DNA of 63,590 nucleotides, counting the filler, from an uncultured Rhodopirellula sp. (GTDB lineage Bacteria > Planctomycetota > Planctomycetia > Pirellulales > Pirellulaceae): NCBI GenBank assembly GCA_964007735.1. It is 3 parts of 3 records of this genome, joined end to end, with 100 filler letters (N's around TTAATTAATTAA, not from the genome) between each part and the next. Parts side by side here need not be neighbours in the genome. Positions count along the whole stretch, not along the records: positions 26,320 to 52,263 come from CAXGAI010000059.1; 2 more parts are not named here. The stretch is one strand, 5' to 3'. Both the position numbers and the translations under genes were made by a program. The first letter of the stretch is position 1. Every line of letters starts with the position of its first letter. Positions 40,510 through 50,652 of this stretch are shown in pieces. The notes beneath the pieces are model-generated. The model was not told the origin of the DNA, did no database searches, and was given only the letters and a program-made list of their open reading frames with translations.

Positions 40510-41463
40510 TTGGATTTAGGTTTACTCCTAGCAGTCGCAGCAACCATTCTGCTGGGAATGGCTTTACGAAATATAAGGGCAACGACCCTGTTTGCTCCCT
40601 GGTGCTGGCTTTTAGTAACCCTGTGGAGTATTGCACTGACCCACATGCTAGGTGGTGACACCTCGGAAATCACCAACGATCGGTCAGGCCTCTCGTCAGA
40701 AAATCTGCTCGGAAGTACGCGGCAGCAATATTGGATAGAAGCCATGCAATTTGCCGCTCATGCCCTGGTCTTTTGCCCATTTATGTCCTTACTGGGCGCT
40801 AGGCGACCCCAAAACAGAATGTGGGAATTCATCGTCTTCTCACTTTGGCTGGTCCTGATCCTTCCTGCTTTTGAAACAATGCTCCTGCATCCCGGACAGT
40901 TACCAGATACTCAGGGAATCCGAGCCTGGTTTATGCTTATTCTAATTGGTGTATCTGCGTTAAATATCATTCTCAGCCGCTTTTGGTTCAGTGGAATTCT
41001 GATTGGTGCTTCTCAGTTCATGCTGGTCAATCCCAACCTGCCAAATTGGACGCATCTAAATTACTCTCATGCCATGGAAGCAGGTCTCAGCCTTGCTATT
41101 GCTTCCTTTGTAATTGCCTTCCTACAACCCAAGCCGGATCGTTCCAAGATCCGGGAAGAAGATCGAGTTTGGCTTGACTACCGTGACATGTTTGGTGGAA
41201 TGTGGGCCTTAAGAATTAAAGAACGGATAAATCAGTCAGCTGTGATGTATGATTGGGATCTGCGTCTTACCTGGGCAGGTTTTGTGACTGCCGATGGTTT
41301 AGATCTACCGGAAGAATTACCCGAACGCACGCAACAGGTTTTACATCAGCATTTCTACAACCTGATGCGGAAATTCGTAGCTCGTGACTGGATTAATATT
41401 CGACTTAACCATCCCGGATCCAAATTAACCGACGAAACAGACAAGCCTGACCTCAAACCCTAA
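40510..41463 (+). CDS. Conserved hypothetical integral membrane protein
   Basis: 317-aa ORF with about 6-7 hydrophobic helices, LGARRP...W.FIV and W.DYRD.FG..WALR motifs. Confidence 0.75.
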   Translation: MDLGLLLAVAATILLGMALRNIRATTLFAPWCWLLVTLWSIALTHMLGGDTSEITNDRSGLSSENLLGSTRQQYWIEAMQFAAHALVFCPFMSLLGARRPQNRMWEFIVFSLWLVLILPAFETMLLHPGQLPDTQGIRAWFMLILIGVSALNIILSRFWFSGILIGASQFMLVNPNLPNWTHLNYSHAMEAGLSLAIASFVIAFLQPKPDRSKIREEDRVWLDYRDMFGGMWALRIKERINQSAVMYDWDLRLTWAGFVTADGLDLPEELPERTQQVLHQHFYNLMRKFVARDWINIRLNHPGSKLTDETDKPDLKP

Positions 41464-41471
41464 TCAAGCTT

Positions 41472-42005
41472 TTAATTTCCACCTCCTTTCAATTGCAGTA
41501 AACGCCTTTGCTGCTCCGGAGTTAAACAGGAGTGAATATATTTATCGCGATCCCGTTCATACTTATTGATTTGCAGTTTTAATTTTTCAATTTCGACGAA
41601 ATAACGCTTTTGGATCCAGTAAATACGTTGGCGTTGTTGCGGAGTAACTAACTGACTGTAATAGGTCGGCAACCTGGGCTTAAACCCACTTAAGTCCATG
41701 GCGTTCTGATTCATTATTACCGCGTGCGTTTCCTTTCCCGTCTTCCCAACTCCTGTGACTCCGCTTGCCTCCGTCTCCCTTGACGCGAGTCTTTCAGATT
41801 GCTCTCCCGTTGGCTGTCTTTTTGATAACGCCCTTCCCGACGAAGCAACGTTTGGCATTAACTCAGGCAATACGGAGCGTTTCAAGACTGTACGATCAGC
41901 TAAATTATCGCTCAATGCTAAATTGGCCCAACCGAGAGAACCTAAGAACATCAACAACAATCCAGTAGCTGCTCCAATATACTGCTGCCTTTGCTGACTT
42001 TTCAT
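41472..42005 (-). CDS. Exported small helical protein with LTxxQ-like motifs
   Basis: Signal/TM N-terminus and RLPTYYSQLVTPQQRQRIY.IQ...LTPEQQRRL. Confidence 0.7.
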   Translation of the reverse strand: MKSQQRQQYIGAATGLLLMFLGSLGWANLALSDNLADRTVLKRSVLPELMPNVASSGRALSKRQPTGEQSERLASRETEASGVTGVGKTGKETHAVIMNQNAMDLSGFKPRLPTYYSQLVTPQQRQRIYWIQKRYFVEIEKLKLQINKYERDRDKYIHSCLTPEQQRRLLQLKGGGN

Positions 42006-42081
42006 CTCTAGCTCCGTTTCAATTCTTCAATAAGTAATTCCCAGTAAAGAGATAAGAGAGCGAACAAACAATTCGTCCGGT

Positions 42082-42118
42082 AAAAACACAAAAACCTGTG
42101 ACATATTTGCCACAGGTT
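42082..42118 (-). terminator. Intrinsic terminator after the DUF1501 gene
   Basis: Minus strand AACCTGTGGCA-AATA-TGTCACAGGTT followed by TTTGTGTTTTT. Confidence 0.65.
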
Positions 42119-42148
42119 CTATTTACTTTTGAATGATCCAAGGAGCTT

Positions 42149-43453
42149 TTAAGCAAATGCCTGTTGAATGGGCGTTCCATCTCGGACAATCATGATTGGG
42201 CGACCAGTCGTTGTGTGGTATTCCTTCAAGTGATCAACTCCCATCGCTTGATAAAAGGTGGCGGCCACATCATCCGGTGTAATCGCTTCATTGGCAGGGC
42301 CAGTCGCCTTGGCATCACTCTCACCAATCACCTGACCGCCGCGGACACCACCGCCTGCCATCAACATAAACATGCATCGCGGATAATGATCCCGACCACC
42401 TTCTGCGGTACGCTCATTAATCTTAGGAGTTCGTCCGAATTCACCTGTCACAAAAACAACCGTCGAATCGAGCAAGCCTTTCTCTTCCAAGCCTACAAAC
42501 AATCCAGCTAACCCCTGATCAAAATTCGGAAGCTGACGATCCTTGAGCGCTGTAAAATTATCACGATGAGTATCCCAACCGCCAGAGGTCAGGGTGACAA
42601 ATTTCACACCCGACTCAACCAGACGAGTCGCTAACAAACAACTGGCACCAAAGGAGGAATCACCGAACTTCTCGGTAAATGTTGGTGATTCTTTACTGAT
42701 ATCAAAGGCCTGACGCGAACGGGGCGAAGTAATCATCGCATGAGCCTGTTGGCTAAACTCATCCAGGCCTTCGATCAGTTGGCTATTTTCTTGTGCGGCT
42801 GCAAAAGTATTATCCAGATCGTTCAGCAATGCCTTGCGTTTCTTTACTTCGGTAACCGTCAAACCGGAACCAAGCGAAACCCCACGAACAGAAAATGGTG
42901 AACCGATAGTCGGAGCACGCCCGGTATTCAGTGGGGCATAACGCACACCAAGGAAACCTGCTCGCTGGTTACTACGAGGAATCGCAACGAATTGCGGAAT
43001 ATCTGAAGGCTTAGACAGCTCTTTGGTAATCACAGCACCGTACCCGGGATACTCCAATGATGCCAATGGACGGTTGCCCGTATTCACATATTCAGTTCCC
43101 AAGCGGTGAGCCCCAAGCGTATGACTAACGCCGCGGAAAATAGCAAACTTATCTGCACAAGCGGCAAGATGGGGTAGGTGCTCACTAATTTGAATGCCCG
43201 AAACATTTGTCTTTATCGGATTGAAAGTACCTCGATATTCAGCAGGAGCATCCGGCTTCATATCAAAGGTATCAATGTGAGATGGACCACCCGTCAAATT
43301 AACAAAGATGGCATTTTTACCCTGTGCCTGAACTAACTCGCCGGCCCGAGCCATGTTTAAATAACCGGCCAGATTCAGCCCGGTCATGCCCGCCACTCCT
43401 ACGCGAAGGAAATCACGTCGAACTACTCCGTCACAAGTCTTGTGAGTTGCCAT
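42149..43453 (-). CDS. DUF1501 family protein with Tat signal
   Basis: CDGVVRRDFLRVG, GGPSHIDTFDMKP, CLLATRLVESGVKFV, WDTH, GEFGRTP and GRDHYP. Start ATG 43453 is preferred to 43501. Confidence 0.93.
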   Translation of the reverse strand: MATHKTCDGVVRRDFLRVGVAGMTGLNLAGYLNMARAGELVQAQGKNAIFVNLTGGPSHIDTFDMKPDAPAEYRGTFNPIKTNVSGIQISEHLPHLAACADKFAIFRGVSHTLGAHRLGTEYVNTGNRPLASLEYPGYGAVITKELSKPSDIPQFVAIPRSNQRAGFLGVRYAPLNTGRAPTIGSPFSVRGVSLGSGLTVTEVKKRKALLNDLDNTFAAAQENSQLIEGLDEFSQQAHAMITSPRSRQAFDISKESPTFTEKFGDSSFGASCLLATRLVESGVKFVTLTSGGWDTHRDNFTALKDRQLPNFDQGLAGLFVGLEEKGLLDSTVVFVTGEFGRTPKINERTAEGGRDHYPRCMFMLMAGGGVRGGQVIGESDAKATGPANEAITPDDVAATFYQAMGVDHLKEYHTTTGRPIMIVRDGTPIQQAFA

Positions 43454-43517
43454 GTAACTATCTCTCTTATCTTTTGTCATTCCTACTTTCGCAGGCTTCA
43501 TATTCTCTGTTGGTCGT

Positions 43518-46199
43518 TTAGTGATTCAAGACGAATTCTTTGGTATTAAGTAAGGCCCACAACAGACCCCGGATACCATTAATTTTGTCATCCGCCTGAT
43601 CGATAAATTCAATACTACGAGTCATTTCAGTTTTCTTCGGATATCTAGTAAGCGTTCGCAGGTATGCCTGCTCTACAATCTCTTGTTTTTGTTCCAAACT
43701 CAAACCGGTTTCTTCTGATGCTTTACGACGGGACTCCGGGAGACCGTACTTACTAATTAAACGTTGACGGGATTGCACCGCCGCTTCATATAAAGCTTTA
43801 CTGGCCGGATCACCTTTTAACCGCTTCAAGCGAGCTTCAATTCTCCCAAAGTATTCTTCATAATTGGGAGGTGGCTTCGGTTTATTACGAGCTTGCATAT
43901 CGAATGGTAAATCATAATTTTTTGCCACCTGCTGAAGCCAACCAGTATTTCTACGATTCATAAGGTCATAGATGACCTCATCATTTTGCAAGAACACTGT
44001 CTGTAACAGAGTCGCATCGGCAGAACGATCACATTCACAATTACTTTCCCGCGTTGAACGCCCAAACACCATCAAAGGAAAGGCTTCCGGATTCCCCTGT
44101 AGAAATCGCTCGCTGGAAGTTGGAATGGCGATCGCACGACGCTCCATCTCATTCTGAAAACGCACCGACTCCGCATCTGAGGCGGTCGCCGAGCGAATAG
44201 CATCCACGGTAACTTCGGCCGGCAATCGCCGGGGCAATTGATGACTAAAGTTCGTCCGGTCCTGAACATTGGTTTCATTGGACACCCATGTCTGCTGATA
44301 GGTGCGGCTCATCACAATTTCACGGTGCACCCACTTCATATCAAACCCGCTCTCGACAAACCCTTGTGTCAGATAATCCAACAATGCTTTGTTACTTGGC
44401 GCATTCGCCAGACTCAAATCATCCGGTGGATCTACAATTCCACGGCCAAAGTAATTCGCCCACACCCGGTTTACAAAAGCTTTTGCAAAATAGGGATTAT
44501 CTTTCCCTCGCAACCATTCCATTAGAGGCTCACGAAGGTCCTGTCCTCGTTCGAATGGAATCGTGATATCGCCCAGAATCGTAGCCTCTTCTATTACTTC
44601 ACCTGTCGGGCGACCGTTTTCCCCAATCTTACGGCCCGGGATTGTGTGGACAACCGGAAATGGAACTACAGAACCTTTACGCATCTCCTGAGTAATCTGA
44701 CGACGTAGGTCACCACCTCGCAATCCTTTTAAGCCCAGATCACTCAGCATTTTGTTGTAGGTTTCACGATCTTCCTTAGCCGTCGGCGTGGCCCCAAACC
44801 GAACGCCTGTAAAGAAGTTTGAGAATTCGGCAAAGTCCTGCTTCGACCAAACATCAAACGGATGCTTATGACATTGTGCACACTGAATACGAATCCCCAT
44901 AAATGCATAGGCAAAGCTTATCGCTCGTTCAGGTGGCAACCGAAATTCACGCCGTGCCCAGTAGTACGGCATCGTCTTCATTCCAGAAACATCCAATTCT
45001 TCCTGTTTATGGAGATTGGTCATTTCATTACAAAACTCTTTATAAGATTGTCCCTTATCCTGAGTTTTACCAAGAATAATGCCTTCTGCGAGTTCATCAT
45101 AAGGAACATTTTGAGCCACACGCTGTTCAATCCAACGATACCAAATCTCTCCAGGACCGGTGCGAATCGGCGAGGTATTAATGAGCTGTTGATCATTGTT
45201 GCCCGTAAAGTCACTAAGCTTCGTCGCCCACCAAGCAGCATAACCTGGACTATTTAATAGCTCTTCAACTTTCTGAGCACGCTTATTGGGAGATTTGTCC
45301 TTGATGAATTCGACAGCTTCCTGAGCGGTCGGAAGGGTTCCCGAAACGTCAATCGAAACCCGTCGCAAAAATTCGGCATCCGACCCAACTTCGGAAGGAA
45401 CAATTCCAAGTTTGCTCAATTTTTCAACCACCAATTCATCAACACGAGTTGGAGTATCGACCGGGGGATACTTTTTGCCCACCAGATTCGTCAGAGGACG
45501 CAGCACTGGAACTGGCACTACGGATTTGTCATAGGAAATTACAATATGAGTATCTCCCCTAGACTCACCTGACGTTACAAGGCCATTCTGATCGATTTCT
45601 GCAATGAGATTGTCATTGGTTTTGTACCGCACCAGCGGGGTCACATCTTCACGAGTCCCATCTTCCCAAACAGCAACAACTTTAAGCTGCACTTTCTGCC
45701 CAGGTTTAGAAAATTGAATTTCATCCGGAGTGATTTTGACGTCAAGCAACTTCGAAATAGACGCCTCTTCAAACTTTGCTCCCGTCGCAATCCATTGACG
45801 AATCAGGTTGTGTTCCCAACCTCCCTTTTCGTAGCGTTTGCCACCTTCATGCTCCAATTCATCTGTTGGTTTGTAAATAATCAAACTCTCATCAGGTGAT
45901 TGAATATTGACGCGACGACGGTCTTCATCAAACAGAGCTTGATGGTCGACAGCAAAATCGTAGCCGAACAGCGATAACTGGAAGCCTCCACGTCCCTGAA
46001 ATGAACCGTGGCAAGCACGGCCGTTGCATCCAAGACGACTCATCAAAGGCACCACGTGACGTTGAAAATCCGGAATTTCATCGGTCTTCGCATCCTGAAA
46101 GCGAAGATCCACCGACTTTAATGGTTGCGCAGAATATAAATCTGCTACCGAACCAAATACGAAGGCCGTGAGTATAATGAATAAATACGAGTGTTTCAT
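43518..46199 (-). CDS. DUF1549/DUF1553 protein with an Ig-like domain
   Basis: PDFQRHVVPLMSRLGCNGRACHGSFQGRGGFQLSLFG, Ig segment GTREDVT, QCAQCHKHPFD, NPYFAKAFVNRVW and CECDR. ATG 46199 follows AAGGAG. Confidence 0.93.
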   Translation of the reverse strand: MKHSYLFIILTAFVFGSVADLYSAQPLKSVDLRFQDAKTDEIPDFQRHVVPLMSRLGCNGRACHGSFQGRGGFQLSLFGYDFAVDHQALFDEDRRRVNIQSPDESLIIYKPTDELEHEGGKRYEKGGWEHNLIRQWIATGAKFEEASISKLLDVKITPDEIQFSKPGQKVQLKVVAVWEDGTREDVTPLVRYKTNDNLIAEIDQNGLVTSGESRGDTHIVISYDKSVVPVPVLRPLTNLVGKKYPPVDTPTRVDELVVEKLSKLGIVPSEVGSDAEFLRRVSIDVSGTLPTAQEAVEFIKDKSPNKRAQKVEELLNSPGYAAWWATKLSDFTGNNDQQLINTSPIRTGPGEIWYRWIEQRVAQNVPYDELAEGIILGKTQDKGQSYKEFCNEMTNLHKQEELDVSGMKTMPYYWARREFRLPPERAISFAYAFMGIRIQCAQCHKHPFDVWSKQDFAEFSNFFTGVRFGATPTAKEDRETYNKMLSDLGLKGLRGGDLRRQITQEMRKGSVVPFPVVHTIPGRKIGENGRPTGEVIEEATILGDITIPFERGQDLREPLMEWLRGKDNPYFAKAFVNRVWANYFGRGIVDPPDDLSLANAPSNKALLDYLTQGFVESGFDMKWVHREIVMSRTYQQTWVSNETNVQDRTNFSHQLPRRLPAEVTVDAIRSATASDAESVRFQNEMERRAIAIPTSSERFLQGNPEAFPLMVFGRSTRESNCECDRSADATLLQTVFLQNDEVIYDLMNRRNTGWLQQVAKNYDLPFDMQARNKPKPPPNYEEYFGRIEARLKRLKGDPASKALYEAAVQSRQRLISKYGLPESRRKASEETGLSLEQKQEIVEQAYLRTLTRYPKKTEMTRSIEFIDQADDKINGIRGLLWALLNTKEFVLNH

Positions 46200-46497
46200 C
46201 GTATGAGTTGCTCCTTTGGGTATCAACAACACGTGCCCCGAACGTTAATCAAGGAAAACCGGCTTCAGACTTATGGTAAGTCTATTGAATAGGTCGGCGA
46301 TTTAGCTCTTTGCACTAACTTAATAGTGTAATTCACAGCCGAAATTAGCTCAACAAGCACTAAATAGGGGCTCGATGGTAAAACAGTGTGTGGTTTTTGT
46401 CCAATTCCATGACATTTAGCTGGGTCAAAGGGCTTGGAAGCACCCAAATTGTCCGAAAACTAGGAATATATACTTTTAAACGATAGGAAAGCTCCAT

Positions 46498-48342
46498 TTG
46501 ATCGGTCCAGTATTTAATCGGGAAGCACTAGCATTGCCAAGACGGCCGCGGCACTATATTTACCGTGCTGTCTACGTAACTGCGTTGTTAATTCTGATGA
46601 GTACTTCCTGGATGATTCTTGCAGGCACGCAGGTGGTACAAAATCTAGGTGATCTGGCCAGATTTGGATCGACATTCTTCCAGATTCTTGCACCTCTCCA
46701 ACTCGCGCTGCTAATCTTTCTTGCCGCATTCGGCGCAGCCAGTGCCGTCAGTCAGGAAAAAGACAAACGCACGATCATCCTGTTGTTGCTAACAAGACTC
46801 ACTAATCAAGAGCTAGTGCTTGGCAAACTACTTTCAGCATTACTCTCGCCATTACTCCTGGTCTTCGCCTCGATCCCTGTTCTCATGTCGATACAGTTGT
46901 TCGGTGGCGTATCGGGCAATCAGGTCGCACGTGTGGTCATCATTACCTACGCAGCGACGATGGTTGCCGGATCACTTGGCAGCACTTATGCCCTGTGGCG
47001 TGAAAAAACATTTCAAACACTTTCAATCACCACGCTCACCATCGTTCTCTGGTTGGCTTTGTGGGAAGGAATTTATGCACTGGGACCGTTGAATTCTTTT
47101 CTGCATTCTCTAGCTGATTGGGCGAGCCCGATACGTGGAATAGCAGCCGCTATTATTCCAACCATTGGCCGGCAGGGAGCATGGTCATTTTCTGACCCTG
47201 CTATCTGCTTTAGCCTATTTGCCGTTGGGATGACGTTTTTGCTTAATGCCATCGCGATTGCGAAAGTTCGTGTCTGGAATCCTTCACGCGAAGTACGTCG
47301 ACAACAGCAACAAGAGGATGACGTCGCATCCATTCTTGACAAACAACTCTCTGATGAAGAGGTTAGTCAGATTGCTGAACAAGCTCGGGCCTCACATGTT
47401 GATGCTATGCGTCGAGCAGGAACTCACGCTGAAGTCAACTCTGAATCACGTCGAGTCTGGGACAACCCGGTCTTATGGCGAGAGATTTGCACCTGGGCCT
47501 ATGGACGGAAGATTGTCATCGTACGAGTTGCTTATGGCCTGATGGTCCTTCTAGCACTACTCGGATTGAATCAATCTCTTTCTGACATGACCAATGGTGT
47601 ACCACGAGCAGGTCTCAGCTCAATCTTTCCTGCAGCAGCAACATCGCTCGCTCCTCTGTTTCTCGTCAGTCTGATCATCATCAACGCCTTGGCAGTCAAC
47701 TCGATTACAAATGAAAGAGATGGGCAGGCATTAGATCTGTTGTTAGTTACGGATATCTCGCCGGCCGAATTTGTTTTTGGAAAGCTGTGGGGTGTCCTCT
47801 ACGTCACCAAAGAGATGATTATCCTACCGCTGTTTATATCGATCTATCTGCTGGTTCGCGGCGGCATTGACTTCGAAGGATTTCTTTTCCTACTTACTGG
47901 CTTAACGGTCTTAATATTCTTTGTCACAATGCTAGGCGTCCATTGCGGGCTCAATTATGCCAGCAGCAAATCAGCCATTAGCGTCAGCATGGGAAGTGTC
48001 TTCTTCCTATTTTTAGGAGTGATCACCTGTATTATGGTGATGATCTCCTTCAGTGGTTCGTTCGAACAACAACTTGCACCTTTTCTGGCTTTCATTCTGG
48101 GTGGAAGTGTCGGGCTTTACGTTGCTCTAGGGTTTAGAAATCCATCCTCCGCCATTTTCTGGTCAACCTTACTGCTACCCTTTGCGACATTCCATGCCAT
48201 CACCAGTTTTTTCATCGAGCATCACCTCACCAGTGCCATGGTTATCTCCGTCATCTATGGCTTTACCACATTAGCTATGATGATGCCGGCGATTGGAGGA
48301 TTTGATGTTGCGATGGGACGGACGCAGAGTGCTGACGACTAG
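46498..48342 (+). CDS. ABC-2 type permease with two tandem halves, no adjacent ATPase
   Basis: GPVFNREAL...EKDKRTIILLLLT...GKL and NPVLWREI...ERDGQALDLLLVT...GKL. Confidence 0.87.
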   Translation: MIGPVFNREALALPRRPRHYIYRAVYVTALLILMSTSWMILAGTQVVQNLGDLARFGSTFFQILAPLQLALLIFLAAFGAASAVSQEKDKRTIILLLLTRLTNQELVLGKLLSALLSPLLLVFASIPVLMSIQLFGGVSGNQVARVVIITYAATMVAGSLGSTYALWREKTFQTLSITTLTIVLWLALWEGIYALGPLNSFLHSLADWASPIRGIAAAIIPTIGRQGAWSFSDPAICFSLFAVGMTFLLNAIAIAKVRVWNPSREVRRQQQQEDDVASILDKQLSDEEVSQIAEQARASHVDAMRRAGTHAEVNSESRRVWDNPVLWREICTWAYGRKIVIVRVAYGLMVLLALLGLNQSLSDMTNGVPRAGLSSIFPAAATSLAPLFLVSLIIINALAVNSITNERDGQALDLLLVTDISPAEFVFGKLWGVLYVTKEMIILPLFISIYLLVRGGIDFEGFLFLLTGLTVLIFFVTMLGVHCGLNYASSKSAISVSMGSVFFLFLGVITCIMVMISFSGSFEQQLAPFLAFILGGSVGLYVALGFRNPSSAIFWSTLLLPFATFHAITSFFIEHHLTSAMVISVIYGFTTLAMMMPAIGGFDVAMGRTQSADD

Positions 48343-48349
48343 TTAGCTG

Positions 48350-49303
48350 CTAGGTCATAATCGCCTGAACAAGATCGTCATGATAGACGATGCCTATCAC
48401 CTGATTCCGTGGATTGGTAACTCCAGCCACTGGTATTCGATTCTCTCTCATTTCGGCCAGCGCCTCAGTTAATTGACAGTGGGCTGCAAATGTTGGCAGT
48501 GCACAATACTGTTCAATCGTTTGTTGCCCTCTCATTCGCATTTCAATTACTGAAATATATCCGACAGTATTCTTTCGATGCCCTTTGTATACCACCAGAG
48601 TTGCCCTTCGAGAAAGCTTTGCAGCACGTTCAATCTCCTCCGCGGAGCTATCGACATGGACCATACTTACCTGCGGCAAAGGTTTCATCAGCGAATTAAT
48701 ACTAGCATTACTACAGGCAAAAAGACTTCGCGTCAGATCCCGTTGTCCATTTGTCAGCAAGCCCGCCATCTCTCCCTCTTGAAATACTCGTTGCAACGAT
48801 TGTCGGGCCATTGTTAGTTGGACTCGCAATGGCGTCTCGCCAACAGCCATCTGGAGCAACTTGGCAAAACACCACAACACGAGGGCCACCGGAGCGAACA
48901 AGAACACAAAAAAAAGAAACAGGGGGCCAATCGTTCGAATAAGGCGATTCGGTGAATCATTAAACGTGCTCTTGGGAAGCAACTCAGCAAATACAAATAC
49001 AAACGGTGTAAATAGGATGGAAACCAGTAGTTCCGTGTTTTGGTCGGGATACATTGTTTGGCTGGCAAGCACAATCGCAAATGAAGTTAGGTAATTGGCC
49101 AGATTATTTCCAACGAGAGTTGTCGCAACAAACACGGACGGATTGTTAGTCAGCCAAAGCAATCGTCGTGAAATAAAGTCGCCATCTCGGCCGTCCAGCA
49201 CCAATCGTACTCGTGTAACCCGGTAAAACCCTGTCTCGCTACCACTAAAGAAAGCACTCAACAGCAGGCCCAACAACAGAAGAATGAGAATCTCCCAGAT
49301 CAT
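48350..49303 (-). CDS. CNNM/CorB (DUF21 + CBS) family protein, short form
   Basis: SAFFSGSETG, GNNLAN and FAELLPK, a degenerate CBS pair, and no C-terminal CorC domain. Confidence 0.88.
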   Translation of the reverse strand: MIWEILILLLLGLLLSAFFSGSETGFYRVTRVRLVLDGRDGDFISRRLLWLTNNPSVFVATTLVGNNLANYLTSFAIVLASQTMYPDQNTELLVSILFTPFVFVFAELLPKSTFNDSPNRLIRTIGPLFLFFVFLFAPVALVLWCFAKLLQMAVGETPLRVQLTMARQSLQRVFQEGEMAGLLTNGQRDLTRSLFACSNASINSLMKPLPQVSMVHVDSSAEEIERAAKLSRRATLVVYKGHRKNTVGYISVIEMRMRGQQTIEQYCALPTFAAHCQLTEALAEMRENRIPVAGVTNPRNQVIGIVYHDDLVQAIMT

Positions 49304-50565
49304 TCAGAGTCCTCCAGGGTAAGCGACTCGATAATCTTCACTTCAACGCGGCAGCGCCCACGGTCGGCTGCTTCCAACACTTCAAGGTGAAGAGGCCCCC
49401 AGCGACATTGATCCCCCTGAGTTGGCAACGCCTGCAGAACTTCCTGCAATACGCCCTGCATGGTTACATTTCTGGTCTCCGGCAAGTCAACATTCAGCTG
49501 TTTTTCGAGGCGTCGTATCGTTGCTAATCCCATCACCTGCCAGACATTATGCTCTATCTTAAGAATGGGTTGTTCGTCGGTAATACGTCTTGTTCTGCTC
49601 GGAGTTTCCACAAATACTGCATCGGCAATATCATCAATCGTGATGATACCAATGGTCTCACCGTGTTCATTGACAACATTAGCCACCTGACGATCTGCAG
49701 ACCGCAACTTTTCGTAGACGTCAGCGACACTGGAACACCACGGCACGGCAACGAGCCTTTTCCCCATCTGTGACTGCCCCGGTTGACTATCCAGTAAATC
49801 ATCCGCATCTATCGAGTACTGGATTTCTTCTGAATCTCGCTTGGTCACCAGGACAAAACCACTTGGCGGAAATTGCTCTTTTAAGTCCTGCATGGTAACC
49901 GGAGCCTGAAATGTCACAAACTGTCGACGCGGTCGCATCCATTCATCGGCTCTCAATTGCGATAAGTGCACAATATTACGTAGCATCCGATACTCGTGTT
50001 CATCTAACTCAGCATCCTGAGTCGACAATTCAACTGCCCGCTCAAGATCAGAAATTTCCAAATCAGGCTCTGGGTTCATCCGGGGAAAGAAGAGACGTTT
50101 AAGGATCAAATTGGTAAAACGCAGCAAAGGAAGCAAAGGATCGACACATCTTACAGCCAGAGCCAAAGGAATGGCGACCAAACCTGCGTAACTACGACTT
50201 CGCAAAACGGCAAAGCTCTTAGGAAACATTTCACTAAAGAAGATCACCAAAAAAACACTTCCGACAGCAAACAGCACTCCCCAACCTGAGCCGTCTTCAT
50301 GGTTTTCCAACTGCATGCCGACACGAGCTGAAATCGTAAAATAGATCATATTGATCACAAGATTCCAAAACAGGACCGCAGACAATAAGCGGTCCGGTTG
50401 TTGCATTAGTCGCGCCGCCGTACGCTGCGCAGCATTTCCAGTTGCTAAAAAACGAAGATCCTGACGCTGCAAATAGAAATAGGCAGCTTCACTTGCCGAG
50501 AATAATCCGGAAAGCACGATAAGAACTGCCATCGCAATCAGCCATGGCATGACTTCAGCCCACAC
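49300..50565 (-). CDS. CNNM/CorB (DUF21 + CBS + CorC/HlyC) family protein
   Basis: SGLFSASEAA, WNLVIN, FSEMFPKS, MRPR, VVNEHGETIGIIT.DD, and a C-terminal transporter-associated domain. Confidence 0.9.
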   Translation of the reverse strand: MWAEVMPWLIAMAVLIVLSGLFSASEAAYFYLQRQDLRFLATGNAAQRTAARLMQQPDRLLSAVLFWNLVINMIYFTISARVGMQLENHEDGSGWGVLFAVGSVFLVIFFSEMFPKSFAVLRSRSYAGLVAIPLALAVRCVDPLLPLLRFTNLILKRLFFPRMNPEPDLEISDLERAVELSTQDAELDEHEYRMLRNIVHLSQLRADEWMRPRRQFVTFQAPVTMQDLKEQFPPSGFVLVTKRDSEEIQYSIDADDLLDSQPGQSQMGKRLVAVPWCSSVADVYEKLRSADRQVANVVNEHGETIGIITIDDIADAVFVETPSRTRRITDEQPILKIEHNVWQVMGLATIRRLEKQLNVDLPETRNVTMQGVLQEVLQALPTQGDQCRWGPLHLEVLEAADRGRCRVEVKIIESLTLEDSE

Positions 50566-50652
50566 AGTCAGTCGACGAACCTCTTCCTAAAATTAAGCCT
50601 TGGTTCCACCAGACGGTTAGTATACCAAAATACCAAAGTCCATTTGCGGATC

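Noticed and set aside
40394..40745. Short overlapping ORFs in the divergent spacer
   Set aside because: They overlap the promoter region and the 40510 gene, and show no coding signatures.
23439..42112. Shared TGGCAAATA at the apex of two terminator hairpins (about 23440 and 42105)
   Set aside because: Only a 9-nt match with different stems; not enough to call a repeat family.
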